Shown here: positions 9,830 through 18,574 of the stretch, in pieces
How positions within the stretch are numbered: position 1 is the stretch's first letter
Layout of the letters: each line of letters starts with the position of its first letter
Origin: Oceanispirochaeta sp.
GTDB taxonomy: Bacteria; Spirochaetota; Spirochaetia; DSM-2461
Direction of reading: 5' to 3'
Assembly (NCBI GenBank): GCA_963663385.2
Contig: CAXXXD010000003.1
Span: forward strand, 128,001 to 192,000
Length of the DNA: 64,000 nt
Notes under the pieces: model-generated
What the model was told of the DNA's origin: nothing
What the model saw: only the letters and a program-made list of their open reading frames with translations
Database searches by the model: none
Position numbers and translations under genes: made by a program

Positions 9830-10332
9830 GGAACTTGAAAATTATCCTGATACTTGCAGTCATGGTCCAGCTGATCTCCTGCAGTACAATTTCCAATAAG
9901 GAGAAACTGACATCCGATGACTGCATGGTTCTGATCCCGGTAGGAGTTGACCGGCCTGTCGGAACACATACTGCCAGAACCTATACCCTGCATGTATCCG
10001 GTCTGGATAAGAGTATTAAAATTTCCAAAAAAGCGGTCGGTTATATCGAGGTAAAAATCAGGAGGGATTCCCAGGATATCATAGCTCTGAAGAGTAAAAT
10101 AACGGATAGTAATTTTACCGGAAAATCGTCCAATGATGAAATGTTCAAAGACCTTCCCTACAGCCCCGGTCAGGTGGTGGCCTGTGATTTCAGGATCATT
10201 CAGAAGATGGAGGAGGTCGCTCCCAACCGGTATATCAGCAGTATCGATTTCAAGCCCGTATCGGCGGATGAACAGAAGGAACTGGTTAATAAATTTATGT
10301 CGCAGCCGGCAAACGCGTCGTGGTTTGAATAA
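9826..10332 (+). CDS. Hypothetical lipoprotein
   Basis: Start MRNLKIILILAVMVQLISC (lipobox LISC) with GGAGG RBS and ATGA overlap with the protease stop; the ORF-track start at 9769 is probably an over-extension. Confidence 0.75.
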   Translation: MRNLKIILILAVMVQLISCSTISNKEKLTSDDCMVLIPVGVDRPVGTHTARTYTLHVSGLDKSIKISKKAVGYIEVKIRRDSQDIIALKSKITDSNFTGKSSNDEMFKDLPYSPGQVVACDFRIIQKMEEVAPNRYISSIDFKPVSADEQKELVNKFMSQPANASWFE

Positions 10333-10343
10333 GGAATTTCATT

Positions 10344-11735
10344 ATGAATAAATATATTATTTTAATTGGGTTTTTAGTTATATCTGTCTTGTCATGCGAT
10401 CTTGGAATGGTCGATGTCATGGACTTTGAAGAGTACGGGGATAAGATGGATATGGAAGTCCTGGATGTTGAATTCCGGCTCTATTCTGTTGTGGATAGAT
10501 ATCAGGAAACAAATGAGTTTGACGTGTATATCAGATTTGATGATTATCTGAATTTGAATAGTTCCCAGATACTGGATCTGAAAAAAAACATTATGGATAA
10601 TATACAGGTGGAGAATGCCTCTGTTAGCGCATTTTATTACACAGACATATATAATTCAGAAAGCCGGGAATATGACCATTCTTTATTGAAGATTACCATA
10701 ATTCCAGGCGGACAGGGAAATATTGAAATCACTATACCGGAAAAAACAATAAAACTCTCTTTTAATAAAGATGATTACCTGAACCGTTATAACAAGGAAG
10801 CTTCGGAGACATTGGTTATCCCTAGAGATCTGCTTTACCCCTATTCTAAATCTGGTCTGGATATTTCGAGAGTCTGCTGGTTAAGTGCACATGAATACCT
10901 GGTAGTCGATACGGAAAACGATAAGATCCTTGTTATTGATTCGGACAGCTGTTCTGTTACGAGGGAGTGTAGTATATCCCTGGATGATATCTCGGATATG
11001 GAATACAGTGCGGATAAGAATGTTCTCTATATCCTGAGTTCTTCCTCTTTAAAACTCACTATTCTGGATGTCGGGACTTTGAAGTCCAGTACAGAAACAC
11101 TTTCCAGCACTTACTCTCCCCATGGAAAAGCATTGGAGCTTGATACAGTCCATAACCGCATCTATATTCTGACAAATACATATAAATTATACTCCCTTGA
11201 TATGGATGATTATTCAGTTAAAATTAATAGCGCTGATTTACCATTAAATATTAATGGAATTGCACTTGATGCAGAAAAAAATCTTCTATACACAGCAAAC
11301 AGCAAAAGCGTATATCGATACAGTGTTGCCGGTGATACCGTTTCGGAAGAGACATCAAGTCCATCATCATCCATTTCTCATGTGCAGCTGGTTATGAATG
11401 GTGACGGCAGTAAAATCTATTATGCTGACTCGGATGGACTCCATTATATTAATACATCTGATCTTTCTGAATCATCTTTCGAGGGTAGTGGCGAATTCCA
11501 TGCCATTCTTCCGGAATCTGATCTCCTTTTTACATCTGAACGCAGCTATCCCAATTTATACCTTTACAAATATAAGCTCTCAGACCATTCCCTGATCAGT
11601 ACAACTAATCTGGGATATATAGACGGATACGCTGTTAACAAGGACGGAACAGAGGCATTAGTCTATGAGGGCGAGTATTCTTATAGTTCAGGGATTGGAC
11701 ACTGGGAGGATTATATTAACTTCGAAGATCTGTGA
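10344..11735 (+). CDS. Lipoprotein with probable C-terminal beta-propeller (YncE/SMP-30-like)
   Basis: Lipobox VLSC; repeated blade-like units (DMEYSADKNVLYI, ALELDTVHNRIYI, GIALDAEKNLLYTA, LVMNGDGSKIYY); visibly AT-rich. Confidence 0.7.
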   Translation: MNKYIILIGFLVISVLSCDLGMVDVMDFEEYGDKMDMEVLDVEFRLYSVVDRYQETNEFDVYIRFDDYLNLNSSQILDLKKNIMDNIQVENASVSAFYYTDIYNSESREYDHSLLKITIIPGGQGNIEITIPEKTIKLSFNKDDYLNRYNKEASETLVIPRDLLYPYSKSGLDISRVCWLSAHEYLVVDTENDKILVIDSDSCSVTRECSISLDDISDMEYSADKNVLYILSSSSLKLTILDVGTLKSSTETLSSTYSPHGKALELDTVHNRIYILTNTYKLYSLDMDDYSVKINSADLPLNINGIALDAEKNLLYTANSKSVYRYSVAGDTVSEETSSPSSSISHVQLVMNGDGSKIYYADSDGLHYINTSDLSESSFEGSGEFHAILPESDLLFTSERSYPNLYLYKYKLSDHSLISTTNLGYIDGYAVNKDGTEALVYEGEYSYSSGIGHWEDYINFEDL

Positions 11736-11742
11736 AACGGAC

Positions 11743-11774
11743 GGTGTTCATCTGGAGTAAAGAAAATGAACACC
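11743..11774. terminator. Stem-loop after the lipoprotein operon
   Basis: GGTGTTCAT...ATGAACACC, 9-bp stem, no clear U-tract. Confidence 0.35.
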
Positions 11775-11891
11775 CGGGCAGCCTGAAGTCTTCTGTTCCT
11801 TTGGGCCTCCGGAATCAGAACCAGCAACATATCGGGACAGAGTCGCTTACGAACACCTGGGCCGGGACATCCGCATCCGGAATAATTCTTT

Positions 11892-11937
11892 TTGACTTAC
11901 AAAAAAAGTGATTGTATAATAACTTACGCGTGTCAGT
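11892..11937 (+). promoter_or_regulatory. Sigma70 promoter of the MCP gene with LacI-type operator
   Basis: TTGACT(11892-97)-17 nt-TATAAT(11915-20), then ACTTACGCGTGTCAGT (11922-37). Confidence 0.8.
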
Positions 11938-12037
11938 AATGACGGTACCTACCGGAGATATCTCTCTTTCTGAGTGTCGGAAGGTAGTGTTGCTGAATAT
12001 GATGCGTTATTCAAAAGACTCTCAGGGTGTGAACGTT

Positions 12038-13882
12038 ATGAACTTTTTCGGAAAACTGACTCTGGCCGTATCTGTAATCATTCTATGCTTCTCCATAGCG
12101 GTATTTGCCATTATTGGGGCGGAAACGCGCAATGAACGTATGAACGAAACAGCTATGCTCTTTATGCGGGCTCTGTCCAATATGAATCATCTCAACTACA
12201 AACAGAAGGATATTCTGACAAAAAGGGAGAGTCTGGAGACCCTGATTAAGGAACTGCGGACAGCCATGGAAGAGTGTGAAGCCGATATTGATGCCATTTC
12301 CGCTTCCACGGCCGTTCTTTCCGGAGAAACAGTTGGAGAAATCGAGAAGCTGACTGCATTCTGGTCGGGATTACAATCCATGCTGAATCGGGGACTGGAT
12401 GACCTTGAGAGCCTGTCCGGGCACAACCTTGTGAATCTGGTCCCTGAAACGGGGCTGGACGGACTGATAAAACGGAGCGGTGATAATAGCACCGCAGTAA
12501 AGGGAAATGATATGAGGTTCTACCTGGAACTGGCGGACTTCCGGGAAAACCTCTCCCTTATTGAATCGGCTTCCCAGGCCTATCGTGAGAAACTGATGCT
12601 TCTGGAGAACTCGGTTACGAGGGAGGCCGGAAGAAACAGGGCAAGAAACAGAATCGTTTCATCGGCTGCACTTGGTTTCGCTCTGCTTTTCGCCATAGTA
12701 TTTGTGCTGCTTTTTTCGAAACACATGGCGGGGAGGGTCGAGGACATCGAAACCGTCATGAGCCATGTGGCCGACAGGAATCTGACCGGGCGCGCCAAAG
12801 TACGCGGACGTGATGAGCTGGGGGCTCTGGGCAGTCATGTCAATCATGTTCTGGAATTCCTCAGAGGGTTCCTCGACGAAGTGAAAGACGCCTCCGCCCA
12901 CAACCGGTCCCTGGGTGAATCTCTCTCGGCAGCCAGCAGTGAATCAGCTGCTGCCGTTAACGAGATCTCCCGGCATATCGAATCAATAAGAAAAAGATTT
13001 CAGGACCTTTACGGTGAGATTGCCTCTTCCTCCGGTTCAATAGGGGAGATCGGAAATCAGATCGGGATACTGATGGAGAATGTCGCCGTTCAGGCCGATT
13101 CGGTTGTCGAAACGGAAACCGCCATAAATCAGATGTCAGTGTCCATCGGAGCGGTGGCTGCCCTGTCCCGGTCCAAGAGAGAAAGCGCCGCGGAAATGCT
13201 CCGCACAGTTGAATCGGGCGGCGAGAAGGTTATGGAGACGAACAGAATTGTCGAGACGATTTCAAACGAAGTGGATAAAATACTGGAGATAATTGGAATT
13301 ATCAACGGTATATCGTCCCAGTCCAGTCTGCTGTCCATGAATGCCGCCATAGAGAGCGCCCATGCAGGGGATGCCGGCAAGGGGTTTGCCGTGGTGGCCA
13401 ATGAAATCCGCAAGCTTTCGGAAGATTCAGCCGAACAGGCCCGCATTATCAAGAACTCCATTCTTACCATAACGGCGATGATTGAAGAAGCTCTCCTGTC
13501 CAGCGGCCGGGGCGCCGAGGCTTTTGCCGATATCAACCGGGAAGTTTCCCTCTTTGCCGGCGATATGGAGACCATTTCCAGCAGTATGGATGAACTGGCT
13601 TCCGCCGGGAATCAGGTTCTCGGGAGCGCCGCGGAAGTATCCGGTAAAACGGCCGAAATCAAAAAGCGCTCTATTGTTATGGGCGAGAATTCCCGGAAAA
13701 TCGAGCAATCCATGAAATCAATAGAAGCTGTATCGTCGGAGATGGTGGTCGTTATCGGAGAAATTGACCTGGGTACCAGGGAAATCCTGAACGCTGTGAA
13801 CGAACTTGCCGAGATCAGTCATGAAAGCCGCTCCAGAATGGATAATCTTAACAGCGCTGTCAAAACCTTTGTGACTTGTTGA
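12038..13882 (+). CDS. Methyl-accepting chemotaxis protein
   Basis: Two TM helices flanking a periplasmic domain; HAMP (RDELGAL); signalling tip LLSMNAAIESAHAGDAGKGFAVVANEIRKLSE. Start set at MNFFGKL because the ORF-track start at 11912 lies inside the promoter. Confidence 0.93.
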   Translation: MNFFGKLTLAVSVIILCFSIAVFAIIGAETRNERMNETAMLFMRALSNMNHLNYKQKDILTKRESLETLIKELRTAMEECEADIDAISASTAVLSGETVGEIEKLTAFWSGLQSMLNRGLDDLESLSGHNLVNLVPETGLDGLIKRSGDNSTAVKGNDMRFYLELADFRENLSLIESASQAYREKLMLLENSVTREAGRNRARNRIVSSAALGFALLFAIVFVLLFSKHMAGRVEDIETVMSHVADRNLTGRAKVRGRDELGALGSHVNHVLEFLRGFLDEVKDASAHNRSLGESLSAASSESAAAVNEISRHIESIRKRFQDLYGEIASSSGSIGEIGNQIGILMENVAVQADSVVETETAINQMSVSIGAVAALSRSKRESAAEMLRTVESGGEKVMETNRIVETISNEVDKILEIIGIINGISSQSSLLSMNAAIESAHAGDAGKGFAVVANEIRKLSEDSAEQARIIKNSILTITAMIEEALLSSGRGAEAFADINREVSLFAGDMETISSSMDELASAGNQVLGSAAEVSGKTAEIKKRSIVMGENSRKIEQSMKSIEAVSSEMVVVIGEIDLGTREILNAVNELAEISHESRSRMDNLNSAVKTFVTC

Positions 13883-13924
13883 AAACCGCCGGTTCACCGC
13901 ATTGTCTGTCAATGCGTATCCGGT

Positions 13925-13952
13925 TGTTATTATATTACTTACGCGCGTCAGT
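13925..13952 (+). promoter_or_regulatory. Extended -10 promoter with LacI-type operator
   Basis: TGt-TATTAT (13925-33) followed by ACTTACGCGCGTCAGT (13937-52), 15/16 identical to the 11922 site. Confidence 0.75.
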
Positions 13953-14024
13953 GCGGGCTGTGACACCAGGAGGCAGCTTATACGGATACCCCGTCTTTGA
14001 TGCGAAATAAGGAGGATTTATTGT

Positions 14025-15515
14025 ATGAAAAGGGTTAGAACTCCGTTTCTTTTCGCTTTTACTTTCGCTTTGATGTTCGCAGCCTGCGAACTCCCGGTCG
14101 GTTCTATCGGGGGTGCGGGGGAGGATCCGTCCAGGACCCTCGCCGATGGGGATCCCCCGGTTATTACGGTTCTGCTGAACGAGGATTTTGAGACGACCGA
14201 TCTGACAACACGGGGCTGGACGGGAGACCTCAATAATGAAGAGCGCTGGGACACTTCTCCGGGAAGCAGTACTCTGGAGCATTATTCAGGCAGTTATGCC
14301 GCACGTTATGACTGTTATAATTCAGGAAGTCTGGGGCACATGATTTCTCCGGTGCTGGACTTCTCGGAAACGGAAAACCACAAACTCAGTTTCTATCTTA
14401 AGGAGAGGAAGAAAAACTTCTGGTGGACCAGCAGCAATTACCACAATCACCTTTACGTATATATTTCCAATGACGGCGGCGAGAGCTGGGTTAATCTCGA
14501 CCATATCATGATCGTCGATGACTGGACTCTGTTCGAGTATGACCTGGATCTTTATATAGCTCCGTCCGACAACATGAAAATCCGCTTTACCGGCCAGGGG
14601 GGAAATGTGGATGATAACTGGTACGATACATTCGTCGACGACGTAACAGTGACGGGAGAGGAAGTCTCCGGACCGGTCATTCCCACCCGGGCGGAACTGC
14701 TTCGTTACTGGGCTCCCAGGGTTTACCAGGATACCCGTAACGATACGTCCTGGACCTACAGATTCTATTCGGAAGGGGATTTTTTCTCCAAAGTGAATTT
14801 CGACGGGGACTGGAATGCGCTGAACAACTGGGAGAACTACCGGTCCTATCCTCTGGAAGCCTATGCCTATTCCAGTTTTCAGGAAACGGACAGCCATTAT
14901 TTTCTGGGATACTATTATTTTCATGCCATCGATGATTCGGAGGTGGTTTTCGACCGCCATGAAAACGATATGGAGGGTGTATTCATCGCTATAAGGAAAA
15001 ACGGCTCCTTCGGGATATTCGAAGCCATGCAGACAATCTGCCACAGCGATATTCTGCAGTATTCCAATATCTATCCAGCCGACGGAACGATATCCTTCGA
15101 AGACAGCCATCCGAAAATTTACATCTCCAGTAATGGAACGGGATACGATCACGGACACGGAATCCAGGCTTACGGAGGCGGAGAGAATACGGGAGATGAC
15201 GCCATCGTTTACAATTGCGGTACGGCGGCCGAGGTTCCGGCAGCCACTTCGCCCCTGTACGCCAATCAGTATTCCTATGCCCTGGTCAGCATAGACGAGC
15301 TGTGGTCACGCCGTTTCAATACGGGGGACGATCCGTTCTATACCTACGGCAATTTCGGCGGAGATACAAACGGCCGGGGCGCCAATGCTCCCTGGATGTG
15401 GCATGAGGGTACGCCCTTTCACAATCCGGCTCTCCATTTTCAGCAGAATTTCAGCGGTATCGGACAGGGCTTCTATTCTCTCAATTATCTGGTCAACCCC
15501 TATCCGGCCGATTGA
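14025..15515 (+). CDS. Surface lipoprotein: MAM/adhesin-like jelly-roll domain plus C-terminal domain of unknown function (NPP1/Vps62-like HxxDxE motif)
   Basis: AAGGAGG RBS; lipobox FAAC (Cys21); LNEDFE...MISPVLDFS...LSFY...ISNDGGESW...IRF...VDDVTVTG jelly-roll pattern; C-terminal WAPRVYQD, NFDGDWNALNNWEN, YYYFH, HENDMEG. Confidence 0.75.
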   Translation: MKRVRTPFLFAFTFALMFAACELPVGSIGGAGEDPSRTLADGDPPVITVLLNEDFETTDLTTRGWTGDLNNEERWDTSPGSSTLEHYSGSYAARYDCYNSGSLGHMISPVLDFSETENHKLSFYLKERKKNFWWTSSNYHNHLYVYISNDGGESWVNLDHIMIVDDWTLFEYDLDLYIAPSDNMKIRFTGQGGNVDDNWYDTFVDDVTVTGEEVSGPVIPTRAELLRYWAPRVYQDTRNDTSWTYRFYSEGDFFSKVNFDGDWNALNNWENYRSYPLEAYAYSSFQETDSHYFLGYYYFHAIDDSEVVFDRHENDMEGVFIAIRKNGSFGIFEAMQTICHSDILQYSNIYPADGTISFEDSHPKIYISSNGTGYDHGHGIQAYGGGENTGDDAIVYNCGTAAEVPAATSPLYANQYSYALVSIDELWSRRFNTGDDPFYTYGNFGGDTNGRGANAPWMWHEGTPFHNPALHFQQNFSGIGQGFYSLNYLVNPYPAD

Positions 15516-15521
15516 CTGCTT

Positions 15522-15553
15522 CCGGCCTGCCTGCGGACGGGCCGGTTTTTCTT
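15522..15553 (+). terminator. Rho-independent terminator
   Basis: GC-rich stem CCGGCCTGCC/GGACGGGCCGG followed by TTTTTCTT, between convergent genes. Confidence 0.7.
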
Positions 15554-15554
15554 C

Positions 15555-16721
15555 TCAGGAAACCTGATTGACCAGGCCTTTCCTGTCGAACTCCACGGGA
15601 ATTCCCTGCAGAACCGGAGAAACCGGTCCTGTCTGCCTGCCGAATTCCATGGCCGCCCAGTATAGGGCCCGGATATTCTCAAGAGGCGTTCCGGGATTGA
15701 TCGATCCGGCGGTACAGACTTTCAGATTCCGCAGGTCCGCCCCGGCTTCTTTCACATCTTCGATATCCTGCCGCACCGCATCCACAACGAGGTCGGCGGT
15801 TCCCTGCCAGAGAACCTTCACCGGCGGAACCTGGCCGTGGATTTTAACGGCCGGCATTTCATTCAGAATCTCCCGAACGGAAATCATGGGGCCGATATTT
15901 ACATCGGTCACTCCGATCTCTTTCAGCTTTCCCATATGATAGCGCATATTGGAATCGGAATGGTAGTAACGGGTTCCCGACGGGGCGAAGGTCTCATAGA
16001 GCTCCTTTTCGGGAACCGCGCAGAATTCGCCGTAGCTCTGAGGAGACATGAGCCCCGTCAGATCCGATGCAAAGGAGAACCGGTTGGCATCCTCTTTCCC
16101 GTCATGGGAACGGCAGGCCCTGATATATCGTTTAAGGGTTCTTCCGACCAGCCACGTGAGAGCCTTCATTTCAGCGGGATCAGTCATGATCCAGAGCAGA
16201 AAATCGCTTACACCGCAGAGCTGGCCGCAGATCGTTGCGATACCCTTCGTTCCCGTTGCCGCAGGAGCTGAGAGTGGTCTGCCCTCCTCGCGGTTGAGGC
16301 AGTGAGCCGCTTCCCAGTAGCGTCTGTGGAGGTTCCCCTCATAAATCAGTGCTTCATCCGACAGCGCGTCGATCCGTTTCTCCAGGGCGCCCACATCTCC
16401 CGGTTCTGCGATTACCGGTTTAAGAACCGGTGTGGAATTACTGTGGTAGACCGGTTCTCCCCCGAAAAGGGAGGCGTTGAGGACCACCCCCGTATCAAAG
16501 ACCGGTTTGCCGACTATATCCAATCCCGTTGTTTTTATAACATATTGTTCGGCCTCGGCTCTGATCTCTCTCTGGTAGGAATAGTCGCTGTAATACCGGT
16601 CCATGGGCACATCGAAGAAATGACAGATCCAGTCTCCGTCCAGAGTCGCTTCAGCTTTTATAAAATCATTTCCCGCGCCTTTTCTGTAGAGGGTGGGATC
16701 AAAATCGATTTTGTATTTCAT
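15555..16721 (-). CDS. Uroporphyrinogen decarboxylase/MtaA-CmuA (UROD/MetE-like) family protein
   Basis: SDLTGLMSPQSYGEF, YYHSD, IHGQVPP..L..GT, C-terminal GTPLENIRAL; GGAG RBS. Confidence 0.8.
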   Translation of the reverse strand: MKYKIDFDPTLYRKGAGNDFIKAEATLDGDWICHFFDVPMDRYYSDYSYQREIRAEAEQYVIKTTGLDIVGKPVFDTGVVLNASLFGGEPVYHSNSTPVLKPVIAEPGDVGALEKRIDALSDEALIYEGNLHRRYWEAAHCLNREEGRPLSAPAATGTKGIATICGQLCGVSDFLLWIMTDPAEMKALTWLVGRTLKRYIRACRSHDGKEDANRFSFASDLTGLMSPQSYGEFCAVPEKELYETFAPSGTRYYHSDSNMRYHMGKLKEIGVTDVNIGPMISVREILNEMPAVKIHGQVPPVKVLWQGTADLVVDAVRQDIEDVKEAGADLRNLKVCTAGSINPGTPLENIRALYWAAMEFGRQTGPVSPVLQGIPVEFDRKGLVNQVS

Positions 16722-16806
16722 GGAATCTCCTTTTATTTGTACTATCCCAATAAATTGATCAATTTTAAATGGATTATATATTGATGAATTTGTATAATAT
16801 CTACTT

Positions 16807-17715
16807 ATGGTTCTGATTAATACGACTGGAGATATCAGGGGGCAGGGGGGATTCTCTCTCCAGACAGAAGGGAGGCCGTTCGTTCTCCGTTTTATCCATG
16901 CAGACGGGAACGAGGAAGCCGGGGCGGTGGCGAATCGCTGTGAACATCGCCATTCCGTCTACCATCTCATACTTGTAAAAAAAGGGACAGGCTTTTTTCC
17001 CGTGGACGGGAAGAGGGTAGAGGTCAAACCGGGCACACTGCTCTTCATTTCTCCGGGGCAGCGTCACAGTCTCGGTGTCGGGCGCGGGGAGAGAATTATC
17101 TACGGCGAGATTACCTTTGAATTCCTGGATGAGGAGGGAATCCCCCTTACCGGTGATTGGGGCTTTCTGTTCTCCCGGCTGGCGGGGGAACGCGTAACAG
17201 CGCCCGCTGCCATGCATACGGACGGGACAGGGATGGCCCAGAGAGTCGCTTCGATCCTGGGCGAACTGGAGAGCTTCAGACCGCTGCTTCCCCGTCCCGT
17301 TCTTTTTCATTTGTCAACGTCGTCCCTCCTGGCAAAGCTGCTCCTGGATATGACCGTCAGTTTTTTCCGGAACCCGGCCGGAAGGGAGGACGGGAATCCC
17401 ATGGAGAGAATACGGGATTATATTCGCGGCAATTATCAGCTGCCCCTGAATCTGGACGATCTGGCGTCAATCGGTTCGTTCAATACAAAGTACCTTTCAA
17501 GACGGTTCAAGGAGCTTTTCGGCCAGTCCCCCATAGAGTACAGGGATTCTCTGAGGATGGAATCGGCCTGTGCGCTCCTGAAGAAAACCGCCTGTCCCGT
17601 GGGAGATATCGCCGCAAAATGCGGTTTCAGCGATATTTACTATTTTTCCAGGGTGTTCAAAAAGAAAAAAGGGATGAGTCCCCGGCAGTACCGGTCCGCC
17701 GGGCAGAGTGTTTAA
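16807..17715 (+). CDS. AraC-family transcriptional regulator
   Basis: Cupin N-terminus (HRHSVYHL, ISPGQRH); C-terminal IAAKCGFSDIYYFSRVFKKKKGMSPRQYR. Confidence 0.93.
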   Translation: MVLINTTGDIRGQGGFSLQTEGRPFVLRFIHADGNEEAGAVANRCEHRHSVYHLILVKKGTGFFPVDGKRVEVKPGTLLFISPGQRHSLGVGRGERIIYGEITFEFLDEEGIPLTGDWGFLFSRLAGERVTAPAAMHTDGTGMAQRVASILGELESFRPLLPRPVLFHLSTSSLLAKLLLDMTVSFFRNPAGREDGNPMERIRDYIRGNYQLPLNLDDLASIGSFNTKYLSRRFKELFGQSPIEYRDSLRMESACALLKKTACPVGDIAAKCGFSDIYYFSRVFKKKKGMSPRQYRSAGQSV

Positions 17716-17749
17716 TTTCATCTATCCCGGCTATATAAAGAGCCGCCCG

Positions 17750-18574
17750 TCAGGAAAGATCGATTTCCATCCCGTCCCAGGCCACCTGGAATCCGTGGGG
17801 GCCGGTCAGGCTCTCCAGTTCTTCGTGGAGGAGCCCGCCTCCATGGGAAAAATGGGTCAGAATCCACGGGGTTTCCGGACCGGTTAATCCTGTTTCCTCG
17901 GCTTTCTGTTTAAAGTCGAACACATCGGGCAAACCCATGTGGTGTCCGTAGTCGGCTCTCCGGGGACCTTCGGTACACTCGCAAATAACCATATCCACTT
18001 TCTGCCCCCGGAGGAAATCCCAGTTTTCCTGAGGATAAAATCCGGTATCACAGGTATAGAAAACCTTTTTGCCCTCTTTTTCAATAATGAAGTTGAGGGC
18101 TTCCTCGTCCGGTTTGTGACGGGCTTTGAGGGTCGTGATTTTATAAGGGGGAAGGCTGTAGGAGTTGAAAGCCGAGAGCTCCTTCAGTAATCCGGGTTGA
18201 CCGGAACAGGGATCGTCTATGGCGTTCCGGATCATATCGATGCTTCTTCTGTTGGCCAGGACTTTGAGGGAATCGAATACCGGAGGCACGGCGAAGGGCT
18301 CTCTGATGCATTCCAGATCAGCCGCGTGCAGATGATCCGAGTGGGAGTGTGTTATCAGGAGGTAACGGAGCTTATGCAGTTCCAGTCCGTATTTGTGGAC
18401 GTGGGACAGGGTGTCGGGGGGCAGATCGATTTTCAGATCCCCGTCGATCTGAAGGGAACTCCGGGTCCTGATATTTCTACCTCCCAGTTTACGGGCTTTG
18501 CGGCATACGGCGCAGTCGCAGAAAAGGGCCGGCCAGCCTTCCCCGGCGGCGGTTCCCAGAATTCGGATTTTCAT
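17750..18574 (-). CDS. MBL-fold metallo-hydrolase, PhnP-like phosphodiesterase
   Basis: MKIRILGTAAGEG, CxCxxC (CDCAVC), RTRSS, THSHSDH, CDTG, THFSH; start at 18574 with GGAGG RBS and ATGA overlap with the upstream gene. Confidence 0.85.
   Translation of the reverse strand: MKIRILGTAAGEGWPALFCDCAVCRKARKLGGRNIRTRSSLQIDGDLKIDLPPDTLSHVHKYGLELHKLRYLLITHSHSDHLHAADLECIREPFAVPPVFDSLKVLANRRSIDMIRNAIDDPCSGQPGLLKELSAFNSYSLPPYKITTLKARHKPDEEALNFIIEKEGKKVFYTCDTGFYPQENWDFLRGQKVDMVICECTEGPRRADYGHHMGLPDVFDFKQKAEETGLTGPETPWILTHFSHGGGLLHEELESLTGPHGFQVAWDGMEIDLS

Noticed and set aside
11912..12037. N-terminal extension of the MCP in the ORF track
   Set aside because: The TTG start lies inside the promoter/operator; ATG 12038 directly precedes TM1.
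13953..14024. Possible riboswitch (for example c-di-GMP) upstream of the lipoprotein gene
   Set aside because: The leader is short and has no recognisable consensus or terminator; the operator already explains regulation.
14322..15158. Long antisense ORFs (also 27440-28369, 30133-30933, 34300-35031, 48885-49652, 61677-62363)
   Set aside because: They are shadows of well-supported genes on the opposite strand, with no motifs or RBS; expected at this GC content.
15555..16721. Calling this gene hemE
   Set aside because: It lacks the N-terminal RQAGR motif of true uroporphyrinogen decarboxylases and has no tetrapyrrole context.
17750..18574. Phosphonate C-P lyase operon
   Set aside because: Only a PhnP-like gene is present; there is no phnGHIJKLM or phnCDE in the window.
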